Shown here in pieces: positions 51,728-64,000 of a stretch of DNA of 64,000 nt (the stretch's first letter is position 1; each line of letters starts with the position of its first letter). The notes under the pieces were generated by a model. The model made no database searches and was not told the origin of the DNA. It saw only the letters and a list, made by a program, of their open reading frames with translations. This DNA is from Octopus sinensis (lineage: Eukaryota). The stretch spans positions 13,729 through 77,728 of the forward strand of contig NW_021833289.1 of the NCBI RefSeq assembly GCF_006345805.1, read 5' to 3'. The position numbers were made by a program, and so were the translations under genes.

Positions 51728-52116
51728 AATAATAATAATAAGAAAAGGTTCTGAATAAAACCTGACAGTTCGATTTTCATATTAAAACGTTGGCCTGCTT
51801 TTAATACAGACACCAGTTCGCGTGAGCACGAGAATCTCGACAAGTCACGTAATACTACAGTTCGTAATTAACATAACACTATAAAACAATTAGCTAATGT
51901 CTAATACTTGAGGGAAACAACCTCGAAATTTCAATTAAAGTGAATTAAAAATAGAATTCGGGTAATGCACAGGGGAAGGTGTCTGATCTTGGTCAAATTA
52001 AAAATTCATTAAAATTTCTTTGTTCGCAATATTAGTAGAGACTTCGACATTTAAAGTAATTCTATGCAATAATGATAATAGTAATTAAAATAAATGCTGA
52101 ACTAAATTTATAAATA

Positions 52117-52425
52117 GGCGCAGGTGTGGCTGTCAGGTAAGAAGCTTACTTCCCAACCTCATAGTTCCGGGTTCAGTTCCACTGCATGACACACCTTGGG
52201 CAAGTGTCTCTTGCTATAGCCTTTGGCTTACCAAAGTCTTGTGAGTGGATTTGATAGATGGAAACTGAAAGAAGCCCATCATATATATATGTGTGTGTGT
52301 CAACATCGCTTGACAACCGATGGTGGTGTGTATACGTCCCCGTAACTTAGCGGATCGGCAAAAGAACCGATTGAATAAGTACTAGGCTTACAAAGCAAAG
52401 TCCTGGGGTCGATTTGCTCGACTAA
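52117..52425 (+). mobile_element. SINE family A, 3'-truncated
   Basis: Head and body match. Confidence 0.8.
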
Positions 52426-52784
52426 AGCCCTTTCCCCATTTTACGAAGGCTTTTGTTCCTTCCTCATCCGTCTGAGCCATATATATGTATATATACATGC
52501 ATATATGTGGGTACAGGACATAAAAAAAAAAACGTGAACAAAATGAGAAACGAAAACATGGAAAACGAACTTTTCTTTCGAACAACGAAAGAGACAAATA
52601 GAGAAATGAAACAGGCAACTTAAAGAACAATCCCTTCATCAGTTGTCCCCTGTTTTATCTATTCCACATTTCGAGGAGTAGATAAAACAGGGGACAACTG
52701 ATTAAAGGACTGTTCTTTATGTTGCTTGTCTCGTTTCTCTTTATTTATATTATGTGATCGAACCCACGCATCCATTTCCAAGTT

Positions 52785-52897
<113 letters not shown>

Positions 52898-52968
52898 GAT
52901 GTTGATTCGCTAGCCTCTGCATGCATTTTTTTCTCTCCTTGTTTCTCTCCGTGTTTCTTTTCTGTGTA

Positions 52969-53006
52969 TCTTTCTGTTGAAGAGCGTAGGCTCGAAACGT
53001 AAAAGA
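52969..53006 (+). ncRNA. Minimal hammerhead-like motif, U6 variant, within family F (52895-53105)
   Basis: Identical to the reverse complement of 5496-5533. Confidence 0.55.
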
Positions 53007-53102
53007 CTTGTTTTATTTCTATTCCTGAGCGCCATACTAATACAATTGTTTGTTTGTATTCCACCTGCCTTCGTCTTTTGTTTATTTTCATAAAGCTTCC
53101 CG

Positions 53103-53158
<56 letters not shown>

Positions 53159-53819
53159 TCAGTTGAAGGCTGACAGGCCGAGACTTCGAAGTTACAGTCA
53201 TCACTATTATTGTAAAAACATATGTACTCGACAAAAATTATTGAGTAATCCTTCAGCTTTATGTAAAAGTGTTTCTACTGTAACTCGACATAAAAACTAA
53301 CAATATTACATACACACATGTATGTATGTATGTATGTATGTATGTATGTATGTATGTATGTATGTATGTATGTATGTATGTACGTACGTACGTGTGTGTG
53401 TGTGTGTGTGTGTTCCTAGTCCATATAATCCAATGTTAGCAGGCAGACACAGTTTTGTGGTCGATATAGCATTCGCTGATAAACGAGATAGCAGCAATCA
53501 ATAAAAGGTGAAATGAGGTGAAATAACATAGATAAATTATGACAGCGTGCAGAAACAGATGATTGCATGCACTAATAAAATGTGCAAGTCTGTGCAGAGT
53601 TGTATGCATGTTCAATGATCTCTAGAGAAGAAAAGAAAGCTATCGGATGTTGAGATAAAATATGTAGATGCGTGTACAATATGGCCGATAAACATCCCGT
53701 ATTGTACACGGCCATTCGTGTGGCACTGGTGAAGTTAGGCTGATGATAAAGGTGTCTTCACATAGCTAATGTTGTACCGTTTTGGTATCCTCTAGATACC
53801 ATCACAGTTTAGGATTCAT

Positions 53820-54070
53820 CATCATCATCATTGTTCGACCGTGGTCGAGACAATGGAATTTACCATGCTACGCCAGACTTCACGGTCCATCATGGCATTA
53901 CGGAGGTCCTGTTGCTGGATGCCTGTATCCCTGGAGATTACATCAGAGTAGGAAAGTGTGCGCCCTCTGGTATTGCGAGTAGATGGCTTCCAGAGGAGAA
54001 GAGGAGAAATTACCTAGTTTTCAGCTCTACAACAATGTCCAGCAAACTGGACTCTTCTACCTTTCACAAG
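53820..54070 (-). pseudogene. RTE LINE 3' end, same family as 27352-27652
   Basis: High nucleotide identity; (TCA)n tail on the plus strand. Confidence 0.85.
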
Positions 54071-54099
54071 GATTCATAGAAGAAGTTTCGTGGGAATAT

Positions 54100-54690
54100 T
54101 GAATTCACAAGCGGTCCCCGACGTCTCGCATGCATATCCCGAGTAACGGGACGCCCTGTTTGCCGCGGAGTCTCCACAGACGCAGGGACAGAACGACCTC
54201 CAAGCCGCCGGGTTGCCGATCAGACGCTTCTTGGAATTTTCAATCAGAGCCCCGTTGGCCAGGCTGCGGCCCTAATACCGCTCGGTGCCAGACCAATCCG
54301 CCTCGGGTGTCCCTACCAGGAACAGAAGTTCCCGGCGGCATAGCTCTGACACTGCCCGTTTACACCACCCTAACGCTTTGAGGGGGGGTTGGACTGAGGG
54401 TGAGCTGATTCGCGATGGCCTCCTCCCACCTCCACTACCCAGCTGGCGCAAATGCACGGGCGGGCAGCTGAAGACCTGGGCAATGACGATAAAGGAGGAC
54501 CTCTCCGAACCCTCAGGTCCGCAGGTGGTCGGTCTGCGCAAAAGGAACAGCGAATGGCTCGCTATCTCCAGTGACCTCGCACAGGGCAGCCGAGCGTGGG
54601 CTTGCCATGGTTCGTGATGCTATTGGACCAGAGAAGAAGCCGGCTCAACCCGCCCTGGGTGAACGTTGTCACAAGTACAAGTACAAGTAC
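54100..54690 (+). pseudogene. GC-rich RTE LINE 3' end with (CAAGTA)n tail, preceded by an apparently inverted 5'UTR-like segment
   Basis: EGELIRDGLLPPPLPSWRKCTGGQLKTWAMTIKEDL..SGPQVVGLR..WLAISSDLAQ..AW, then via frameshifts VRDA / EEAGSTRPG* (stop 54660-54662); tail 54672-54690. Confidence 0.8.
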
Positions 54691-55969
54691 ATCACAGTTT
54701 GAATCAATATATACTCTTGAAGCGTTTGCCGGTCTGTAAAATGTAGGAGAGGTTTTACCATACTCTTCATTTTTTTCTTCGTACATAAGTATGTAGCTGA
54801 TGAATTATCCAGTTTTAAATTCGTTTGTTTCTTTCCAATGTTATTTGAATTAACACGAAAAATATTTCTACCACCGTTTTATGGCTTTTTTTATCTTCTA
54901 AACATTGTCTTCCCTCTGCAACTTTTGTTCATTGTTTTAGTTATTTGAGTAAATTTTAATTGTTTTCAGACATGGCGAAAAATAAGAATTAAATAAATGC
55001 GGTGCTCCAGCATGGCCTCAGTCAAATGACTGAAACAAGTAAAAGGAAAATGGGTGGAAGGGGCGGAAGCGAACGAATTTATCTGACAACCAAACAGGAG
55101 CAGTGTGGCCGGATGATAAAGAAGCTTGTTTCGTAATCAAGAGGTCCGGGGTTTGATCCCACTGGGTGACATCTTAAGCCAATATCATTTTCTATAGCCT
55201 TGGGTTGATTCATACCTGTGAATGAAACTGAGGAGATGGAGACTGTACTGAAGCCCATCGAATGAATTGTACGTGTAATTCAAAAGGTCCCGCCTTGGCA
55301 CACCATTTAGTCAGGGAAAATCAGGGGTACACGCGTCTTTGGAATACTCGTCCACTTACAAGCTAATTTAACGGACCTGGTAGTTTGGCTGGTCAAACAG
55401 CTGGACAGTCATGGTCGGAAGTTCAAACCGAGATCCATTTTTGGTAATTAACCTATTTGGCCATCCATTTTTGTTGCTGATGATGGAGACAATAACGATG
55501 GGATTTGAAAGACACTTAGCTGTTATTTCTAGCGAGAGGAATACCATCACAATGTCTGGAGAATATCAAAGACGAGATGTTTAGAGGTAGATGTTTATTT
55601 TTGAGCCAGAATGTATCTGTAACCATAGAGGTGTAAGTATCGGCTGCTTCAATGAAATATCTGATGTTTAAAACAAAATATCCCCAACTTCCAACAACAA
55701 CAGCGGAGTAATGGCGGCGAGATTAGCGTTGATGGATGTTCGTTTTTACCTTTTTAAACATTCCTAATATTTATTTTAACAACCGTATATTATATGTATG
55801 TGTGTAAAAAAAACATGCATGCGTGTATATATCTATTTGTATATGTATAAATATATGCATATATGTATGCACGTACGTACGTTCGTGTAATATATAAATA
55901 TATATTGCTATTAAGTTAGACATGGCCTGGACCAATCTTTGGTCGAAACATATCTAAGTTTATCTAAGT

Positions 55970-55971
55970 TT

Positions 55972-56028
<57 letters not shown>

Positions 56029-56194
56029 GATAGATAGATAGATAGATAGATAGATAAGATAAATATATATATATATAGATAGATAAATATATATATATAG
56101 ATAATATATATATATATAGATAGATAAATATATATATAGATAAATATATATATAGATATAGATATATAGATATATATATAATATAGATAGATAG

Positions 56195-56265
<71 letters not shown>

Positions 56266-56268
56266 AAG

Positions 56269-56311
<43 letters not shown>

Positions 56312-56325
56312 ATATATATATACAT
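55970..56325. repeat. (AGAT)n/(AT)n microsatellite
   Basis: Directly visible. Confidence 0.95.
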
Positions 56326-56334
56326 ATATTGTTG

Positions 56335-56580
56335 TGTCTAGTGCCTTAATATGACACGTCCAGCGGTTCGATTTTCACTCATTTATTTATATATTTATTC
56401 CGCTGCATTGCTGCATTTCGATTGTATCAATGGATTTTGATATCAATGGACTTTGCCTCTCAAAATCCATTGATACAGTCGCAAGTGCAGCGGCAAAAAA
56501 GGTTTCTGGAATAAATAAATAAATAAATAAATGAGTGGAAATTGGATCGGTGCGTGTGTTATGTTATGGCACTACGACTA
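56335..56580. repeat. Degenerate ~245-bp fold-back (MITE-like)
   Basis: Nested complementary blocks, e.g. GATTGTATCAATGGATTTTGA / TCAAAATCCATTGATACAGTC. Confidence 0.7.
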
Positions 56581-56723
56581 TCTCCAGACACAACAACATT
56601 TGTTTCAACACACGAATTCACATAAGGAATCTTGCAAACCAGATACAAAACTGAAGTATTTATATACGTGTATATATGTGTGCGTGTGTGTGTGTGTGTG
56701 TGCATGTGTGTATACATATATAT

Positions 56724-57035
56724 GAGTGGGTGTGTGAGAAGAGGCTTGCTTCCCAACCACATGGTTCCGGGTTCAGTCCCACTGCGTAGCACCTTGGGCA
56801 AGTGTAGACGGAAACTGAAAGAAGCCCGTCGTATGTATATGTGTGTGTGTGTGTTTGTTTGTCCAACCCCCATCGCTTGACAACCGATATTGGTGTGTTT
56901 ACGTCCCCATAACTTAGCGGCTCGGTAAAAAGAGAGCGATAGAATAAGTACTAGGCTTACAAAGAATAAGTTCTGGGGTCGATTTGTTCGACTAAAGGCG
57001 GGGCTCTAGCATGGCCGCAGTCAAATTACTGAAAC
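56724..57035 (+). mobile_element. SINE family A with an internal deletion
   Basis: Head, body and tail match. Confidence 0.8.
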
Positions 57036-57139
57036 ACGTATAAGGAAAAATATATTTGTGTGTGTTTATATGTATATATATATACATATAAACGTGTGTG
57101 TGCATGGTGTGTGAATGTGTGTGTATAATATATATATAG

Positions 57140-57430
57140 TGAGAATTTACAAAAAAAAAAAACAAACAAAACACGAAGACGTTTATGTAAACAACAAACA
57201 GATGTATTAGTTTAATGCTCGGGAAGTGAGAAAGTCTTTTACATTTCGAGCCTGCGCCCTTCGACAGAAAGGAACACAGAAATAAACAGGGAGAGAAAAT
57301 AGAAAAGGTTTAGCGGCTAGCGATCTATCATGGCGATGCCAGAGAGAGGGGTCACACAGAGAGCTAGGAAGAAGGGGAGATAATAAAGTAGTGGTGATTG
57401 CTAATATCGAACAGTGAGAATGAGTGCTCA
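57140..57430 (-). mobile_element. Family F-related fragment with U6 hammerhead-like motif (57236-57271)
   Basis: Minus strand CTTT CTGTCGA A GGGC-gcag-GCTC GAAA TG TA AAAG. Confidence 0.55.
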
Positions 57431-57802
57431 ACGCTGCATTGATGGATAAATATTCTTTATTTGTATGTTAACAAGGCTACATGAAACCATTGGTAGCTTT
57501 GCTAATCCGCAAACCCACAAATAAAGAATGCACACACACACACTTATATGCAAGCGTACAAACTGTTGTATCGACAGATGCATTTAGTAAAGTACAGTTT
57601 GTTTATTCGATGGCGGCTGAAGAATAGTATATTCCGCGTCTACTCAAAGTTTCTCGCCCGAATGAACACACTGAAGTGTAATAGCAATGATCGCGTGAAT
57701 CACCCAAGAATCTATAGCTGAGAGGGAACCCAGCCGTTGCCAGGCAACATTCCAAGGGCGCAGTTTATATATATATTTTTATTCATTATGCTCTTTTAAT
57801 GA

Positions 57803-58165
57803 AGGCAGCGAGCTGGCAGACACGTTAGCACGCCGGGCGAAATGCGTAGCGGTATTTCGTTTGCCGTTACGTTCTGAGTTCAAATCCCACCGAGGTCAAC
57901 TTTGCCTTTCATCCTTTCGGGGTCGATTAAATAAGTACCAGTTACACACTGGGGTCGATGTAATCGACTTAATCCCTTTGTCTGTCTTTGTTTGTCCTCT
58001 CTATGTGTAGCCCCTTGTGGGTAGTAAATAAATAGGTATTTCGTCTGTCTTTAAGTTCTGAGTTCAAATTCTGCCGAGGTCGACTTTGCCTTTCGTCTTT
58101 TCGAGGTCGATAAATTAAGTACCAGTTGTGTACTGGGGTCGATCTAATCGACTGGCTCCCTCCTC
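57803..58165 (+). mobile_element. SINE family B, one full plus one partial copy
   Basis: Head, B box and core. Confidence 0.8.
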
Positions 58166-59305
58166 CAATCCTTTCTACTCTTTTATGCTCTTTCATTGAA
58201 GAAGTGCAGTTGTCATACATTTAAAAAAAAACCCACCCACTTACCCTCTCTGTGACTTTGCACTTCAGAAGCTGGCTGTGCCACCGAAAGGTTTTTGTAT
58301 TTAGTCCCTGGCTGATCAATGCCTTGTGAGTGAATTTGAGAAACAGAAACTAGTTGGAAGGCTGTCGTATAAATGTGTGTGTGTGTATCTCTTTGTCTTG
58401 ACATCACGAGCTAATTGTAAAGTGATCGTCACCGTCATACAAGCAGTGTCAATCATCTCTTCATTTCTAATATCCTGCAACAATAGGTCTGATCTTGAGG
58501 GTACATTACCTTGCTTGTAAACAGGTGACGGTTGGCTACAGGAAGAGCATCCAGCCGTAGAATATCTAACGCAGCAAACTCCGTCCGACTCATGCAAGCA
58601 TAGAAATGGGGATATTAAAATGATGATGAGATATGTGTGTGTTTGTGTCCGCTTTTGTACCACCACCACCACCACCCGCTTCACAACCGGTATTGGTTCG
58701 TTAACGTCCCCGTGTCTTAACAGTTTGGCAGAAGAGACCCACAAAATAGGTTACGAGATCTAATTTTAAGTCGATTTCTCCGATTAAAACCCTTCAAAGT
58801 GGTCCCACAACACGGCAAATGATTGAAATGAGTAAAAGATAATGGGTGGCTGCTACATGTTTGACATGGATGGCTGCCACATGTTTGGCACCGGTGCTTC
58901 TTTGTGGGCGTTACAATCTGAACGCCTGCGAAGAGCTGGAAGAGACACGGCAAGGCACCAACTCATCCAACATGATGCCAACACTTCTACACATCCACCT
59001 ATAATAAAAATATATATATATAAACCTCATTGAGATGGTATCAGGGATAAAAGTGTTTGAAGAAAATCTTCAGAAATGGAAGGAAGTGTGCCAGAAGCGT
59101 TACGAATAGAAAATACTATTGGTGTGGTGGTGAGAGAGAGAGAGAGAGAGCGAGAGAGGGAGAGATAGGAAGGAAGGTGGACAGATAAACGTATTTTAAT
59201 GGTGTGTATATTGTCTAGAGTCTAGACTGTCAAGTTAGATATAAGGCGTTTGTGTGTGTGTGCGTGTGTGTGAATGTGTGAGAAGGTGTGGTTGTATTCC
59301 AAGCA

Positions 59306-59349
<44 letters not shown>

Positions 59350-59379
59350 ATCTATCTATCTATCTCTCTATCTCTATCT

Positions 59380-59548
59380 CCATTTTTTCCCTCTCTCCAT
59401 CTGTTTTCTCTCTTCATTCCAGTCTGTAGAAGAGCGTGGGCTCGAAACGTCAAAGACTCTTCCATTGTTCTTGAGCGTCAAACTTGTACACCTCGTTTGT
59501 CGTTCCTTCACCTGTCTGTCTTTTGCTTTTTGTACGACTTTGAACCAT
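59380..59548 (+). mobile_element. Family F-related fragment with U6 hammerhead-like motif (59424-59451)
   Basis: CTGTAGA A GAGC-gtgg-GCTC GAAA CG TC; stem I eroded. Confidence 0.5.
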
Positions 59549-59578
59549 CTATATACATATATAAGCAAATGTATGTGC

Positions 59579-59646
<68 letters not shown>

Positions 59647-59684
59647 CATACATACATACATGCATACATATAATATATATATAT

Positions 59685-59766
<82 letters not shown>

Positions 59767-59875
59767 TATGAGCAAAAGCATTTGAATGTTTACATTCGAA
59801 GATGTTACTATTGTTAATACCATCTACGACCTCAACCTTCCTCAGTATGAATTACTGGGCAATATATATATATAT

Positions 59876-60562
59876 GAGGGAACCTGTGGAAGAGGTAATC
59901 CAGGAAGACCTGGGATGAAGTGGTGAAGCAGGACCTTCGAACTTTAGGCCTCACCAAGGAAATGACTAGTGACCGAGACTTTTGGAAATATGCTGTGCTT
60001 GAGAAAAGCCGGCAAGCCAAATGAGTCCATAACCTCGTGGCCTATGCCAAGAGCGTAACCAGCCCACTTATGCGTACCTTTTCCTTCTTTGGACATTAAA
60101 CTCTGCATGCGAAGGCCTGTTGAGGCAAGTGAAATCAAAATCAAAATCAAATTCGATGACTGGCATCCGTGCTAGCGGGGTGCAAAGAGCACCATCCGAG
60201 CGTGATCGTTGCCAGAGCGGCCAACTGGCTTCCGTGCCGGTGTCACGTAAAAGGGCACCATTTGAGTGTGATCGTTACCAGCGTCGCCTTACTGGCACCT
60301 GTGCCGGTGGCAAGTGTAAAAAGATTCGAGTGAGGTAATTGCCAGTACCACCTGACTGGCCTCCGTGCCGGTGGCACGTAAAAAGTACCCACTACACTCT
60401 GGGAGTGGTTGGCATTAGGAAGGGCATCCAGCTGTAGAAACTCTGCCAGATCAAGATTGAAGCCTGGTGCAGCCATCTGGTTCGCCAGTCCTCAGTCAAA
60501 ATGTTCCAACCCATGCTAGCATGGAAAGCGGACGTTAAACGGTGATGATGATGATGATGATG
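59876..60562 (+). pseudogene. 5'-truncated RTE LINE: ORF C-terminus plus the complete family C-type 3'UTR
   Basis: EGTCGRG/RKTWDEVVKQDLRTLGLTKEMTSDRDFWKYAVLEKSRQAK* (stop 60022-60024), then 3'UTR, tandem units, AGGAAGGGCATCCAGC core and (GAT)n tail. Confidence 0.85.
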
Positions 60563-60606
60563 AATATATATGATATATATATATATATTATATATATCTA
60601 TATATA

Positions 60607-60647
<41 letters not shown>

Positions 60648-60763
60648 ATATATATATATGGGGGGGGGTATGAATGTGTGGTGTGTGCTAGCTAGAGTTA
60701 ATGTGCTCTAGATGAAAACGGAGTATCAACTGTTGTCATTGTGCAGGGAGTGTCTATACGGTG

Positions 60764-60769
<6 letters not shown>

Positions 60770-60798
<29 letters not shown>

Positions 60799-60823
60799 GT
60801 TAGTAGTAGTAGTAGTAGTTGTT

Positions 60824-60855
<32 letters not shown>

Positions 60856-60856
60856 T

Positions 60857-60894
<38 letters not shown>

Positions 60895-60895
60895 C

Positions 60896-60970
<75 letters not shown>
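60770..60970. repeat. (AGT)n microsatellite
   Basis: Directly visible. Confidence 0.95.
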
Positions 60971-60972
<2 letters not shown>

Positions 60973-61523
60973 CGTTGTTATTTGGTTGTAGTTTTAGCGT
61001 TGAAAAGATATTCAAATTTTAAAAGAAAACATTTAACCGGCTCTATCGCAAATGTAAACACTGTAACTCGTTTAAATACACAAATGTGTGTGTGTGTGTG
61101 TGTGTATGCATGCATGCATGAGGGTAGTCATATTAAAAGGGGTCCGTAAATAGAAAGGACCTTGGATCTTTTCCTTTTGACCAGTATACGAAGTTTCAAA
61201 TTGTTTAGTTAACTAGAAATTCCGTCCATCAAAAGGAAACGATCCAGGTCCTTTAGCAGTGAAAAGGTTGGGAACCTCTGAGCTATATGAAGGCTACATG
61301 TGGGATTCATATAGGTTACATACATGTGGTTTGCATGTAGGACACACGAGCTATTAAGTGATCAAAATGAAAGCAGCGTCGTCTAAGTACCTAAGATGGC
61401 TGCGGACTATTATAGTAAAGTTATACGACGCTTACAAGATGGCTACGTGAGAATTGTTTTGGTTCTATTGTTTATATTTAATTTCTAGAAAAATAAAATT
61501 CAGACAAGTGTAAATAAATACAT

Positions 61524-61929
61524 ACTCTTTTTCTCTTTTACTCTTTTACTTGTTTCAGTCATTTGACTGCGGCCATGCTGGAGCACCGCCTTTAGTCGAG
61601 CAAATCGACCCCGGGACTTATTCTTTTTGCAAGCCCAGTACTTATTCTTTTTTTTTTTCCGAACCGCTAAGTGACGGGGACGTAAACACACCAGCATCGG
61701 TTGTCAAGCATTGCTAGGGGAACAAACACAGACACACAAACACACACACCTATATATATATACATATATACGACAGGCTTCTTTCAGTTTCCGTCTACCA
61801 AATCCACTCACAAGGCTTTGGTAGGCCTGAGGCTATAGCAGAAGACACTTACCCAAGATGCCACGCAGTGGGACTGAACCCGGAACCATGTGGTTGGTTA
61901 GCAAGCTACCACACAGCCACTCCTGCGCC
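61524..61929 (-). mobile_element. SINE family A, full length
   Basis: Head, body and tail present. Confidence 0.85.
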
Positions 61930-62519
61930 TATATGAAAATATATTTATTTACACGTGTCTAAATTCTAGTTTTCCTTCCTTGGGGACCTCACCTTTTAGG
62001 GGCAGCGGCGTGGCATATGGCACATTTTAGGCATTTGAAATAATGATGAAGATGATAAGAGTGTGAGAGAAGAATCGATTCTAGTACAAGGTCAATATTT
62101 TATTTATTGATTCCTAAGAGATAGAAAGCCAAACTGACCTCGATGCCACTTGAAATCGAAACGTAAAGCAGCGATTCTCAACTGGGGTCCAAGTAAGATT
62201 TGGTGGGGGTGGGGCACGCAAGCAAAATAGTAAATTGGGGACCCGCAGTCGTACTTTAAGGGTTCGTGACAAAATGATACTTTGCATGTATTTATTGGAA
62301 CAAACGGTGGCGTTTCCTTCTCTGGTGTGAAAAACAAGAGGAATTTTAAAAAGAACTTTAAAACTAGTTGAGTAAATTTTATTCCTTTTGAGACATGACG
62401 AAATATAATAAATAAATAAATAAATAAATAATAATAATATATCATAATAATAATAAACATTCAGAAAGAATTGAAACCGGTAAGGTTATATAAACCTGTG
62501 GTCACCGCCGATGGTTGAT

Positions 62520-62722
62520 CAAAAAGGTGCTTTTTTTTCTATGAAAATCCCTATTTTTTACGATTTTTTGACTGCTGTGTCGCCATTTTTCGGTGTATTT
62601 CAACCAGAAAAATGTTCATTTAAAGAGAATAACAAGCTACATAATGCAAAATTTTTACTTTTCAAAAATTCCAATTCTAAAGGGTCGAAACAAACCCGAG
62701 CAACGCCGGGCGATACTGCTAG
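62520..62722 (+). mobile_element. 3' portion of Helitron subfamily H2
   Basis: Matches 47030-47235; ends in hairpin + CTAG|T. Confidence 0.8.
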
Positions 62723-62738
62723 TATTTTGATAAATTAG

Positions 62739-62781
<43 letters not shown>

Positions 62782-63477
62782 CCTTCCTTCCTTCCAACTA
62801 TCTATTTTGATAAATTTATTTGCTTGATTTTATAAATAGAGTTCTGTGTTGGTAAATATTATTTTTTTCTGATTTCATCGTGTTTTATTTTTAGAAAAAA
62901 ATTTTTTTTAAATAAAAAAAACGGTCTTCCACTGCCAAATTTTTACAATTTTTACCGATTTTTAGAAACAAAGAAACGTGTGGAATAGGGTGGTGGTGGG
63001 GGGGCGAGTTTAATTAGTGGGGGGAGGAGGAATGTGCTTATAATGTTAAAAGTTCAATAACACACACACACACATAGATACATAGATACACATTTCCACA
63101 ATCATACACATTTGTATAAATAATGTACTGCAATATGAAAATGGTTGATTGGCAGAAAATGAGGGTGATATTTTTTTAGTCTTTTGTGCTTTGAGTTCAA
63201 ATCCCACAGAGGCCACCTAAGCCTTTTGTTCTGCACGCACGCGCGCGAACACACACAGAGCTGGCAGAAACGTTAGCACGCCGGACGAAATGCGTAGCCA
63301 TATTTCGTCTGCCGTTACGTTCTGAGTTCATGTATTTCGTTTTTGGATTTGGTTAGCAAGATTCTTTATATCAGTTCGGGTGTTGAGACTCTCTCCCCAG
63401 ACACAACAGTATGTATATGTATGCATGTGTGGTGTGTGTGTGTGCGTGTGCGTGTGCGTGTGCGTGTGTGTGCGTGC

Positions 63478-63537
<60 letters not shown>

Positions 63538-64000
63538 TAAATAACAGTGACAAACGAAAAATACACCGCCGATAGTTGTTGACAAACAACAGAAGTAATT
63601 TTATTCAGCTGAATACACGTCATTGATTGGTTGAAATTACCGAAATACAACTTTGACGTGAAATTACTTCATAAATATAAGTTTTTCTCAAAAATGCTAA
63701 GAGTAAAACACGTTTTATATGACACATTATACCAGTGTCCGAAGTTTGAAAGTGTTTAGTTACAAAAAATTATTTTTTAAATCTGTCGGTCAAAAGGTAA
63801 AGTTCCTTGTTCTCTTCTTTTTAAGCCTAATACTTATTTCATTGGTCAATTTTGCCGAATTGCTCATTTACGTAGACGTAAACAAACCAGCAACGGTTGC
63901 CAAGCCAGGTAGTGAAGACAAAACACTAAGCATAAAACGAACAATTGTCAAACATGCCTTTCTTTTATGTGTTTATGAACTTCAGTTAAACGAAGCGTCG

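Noticed and set aside
55920-55960. GACC/GGTC stem followed by GAAACATAT
   Set aside because: The CTGANGA half of the core is absent; at most an unrecognisable relic.

Overview
Eukaryotic, AT-rich, microsatellite-saturated DNA with no confidently identifiable protein-coding gene. The repeat families resemble those I recall from Octopus (coleoid cephalopod) assemblies; this is inference, not a database result. Almost every ORF in the six-frame track is a translated microsatellite or a repeat read in a non-coding frame. Contents: three abundant tRNA-headed SINE families (called A, B, D here); a fourth abundant family (C) that is the tandem-repeat-bearing 3'UTR of an RTE LINE; decayed RTE and R4/Dong LINE fragments; non-autonomous Helitrons; mariner, pogo/Tigger, hAT and piggyBac-type MITEs; and a ~251-bp satellite built from a piggyBac-type MITE. 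The most notable signal is a set of minimal type I hammerhead ribozyme (HHR) motifs of the Penelope-like-element type, all with self-complementary stem III. One lies in each arm of a perfect 256-bp inverted repeat (30285-30802). Three lie in strongly diverged homologous modules (12.6, 25.3, 47.7 kb) that also conserve two downstream hairpins. Four belong to a family with U at the normally invariant core position A6. A CpG-poor left part, a CpG-rich right part and an ETS/CRE motif at ~43.0 kb hint at an unidentified minus-strand host gene; candidate exons are low confidence.
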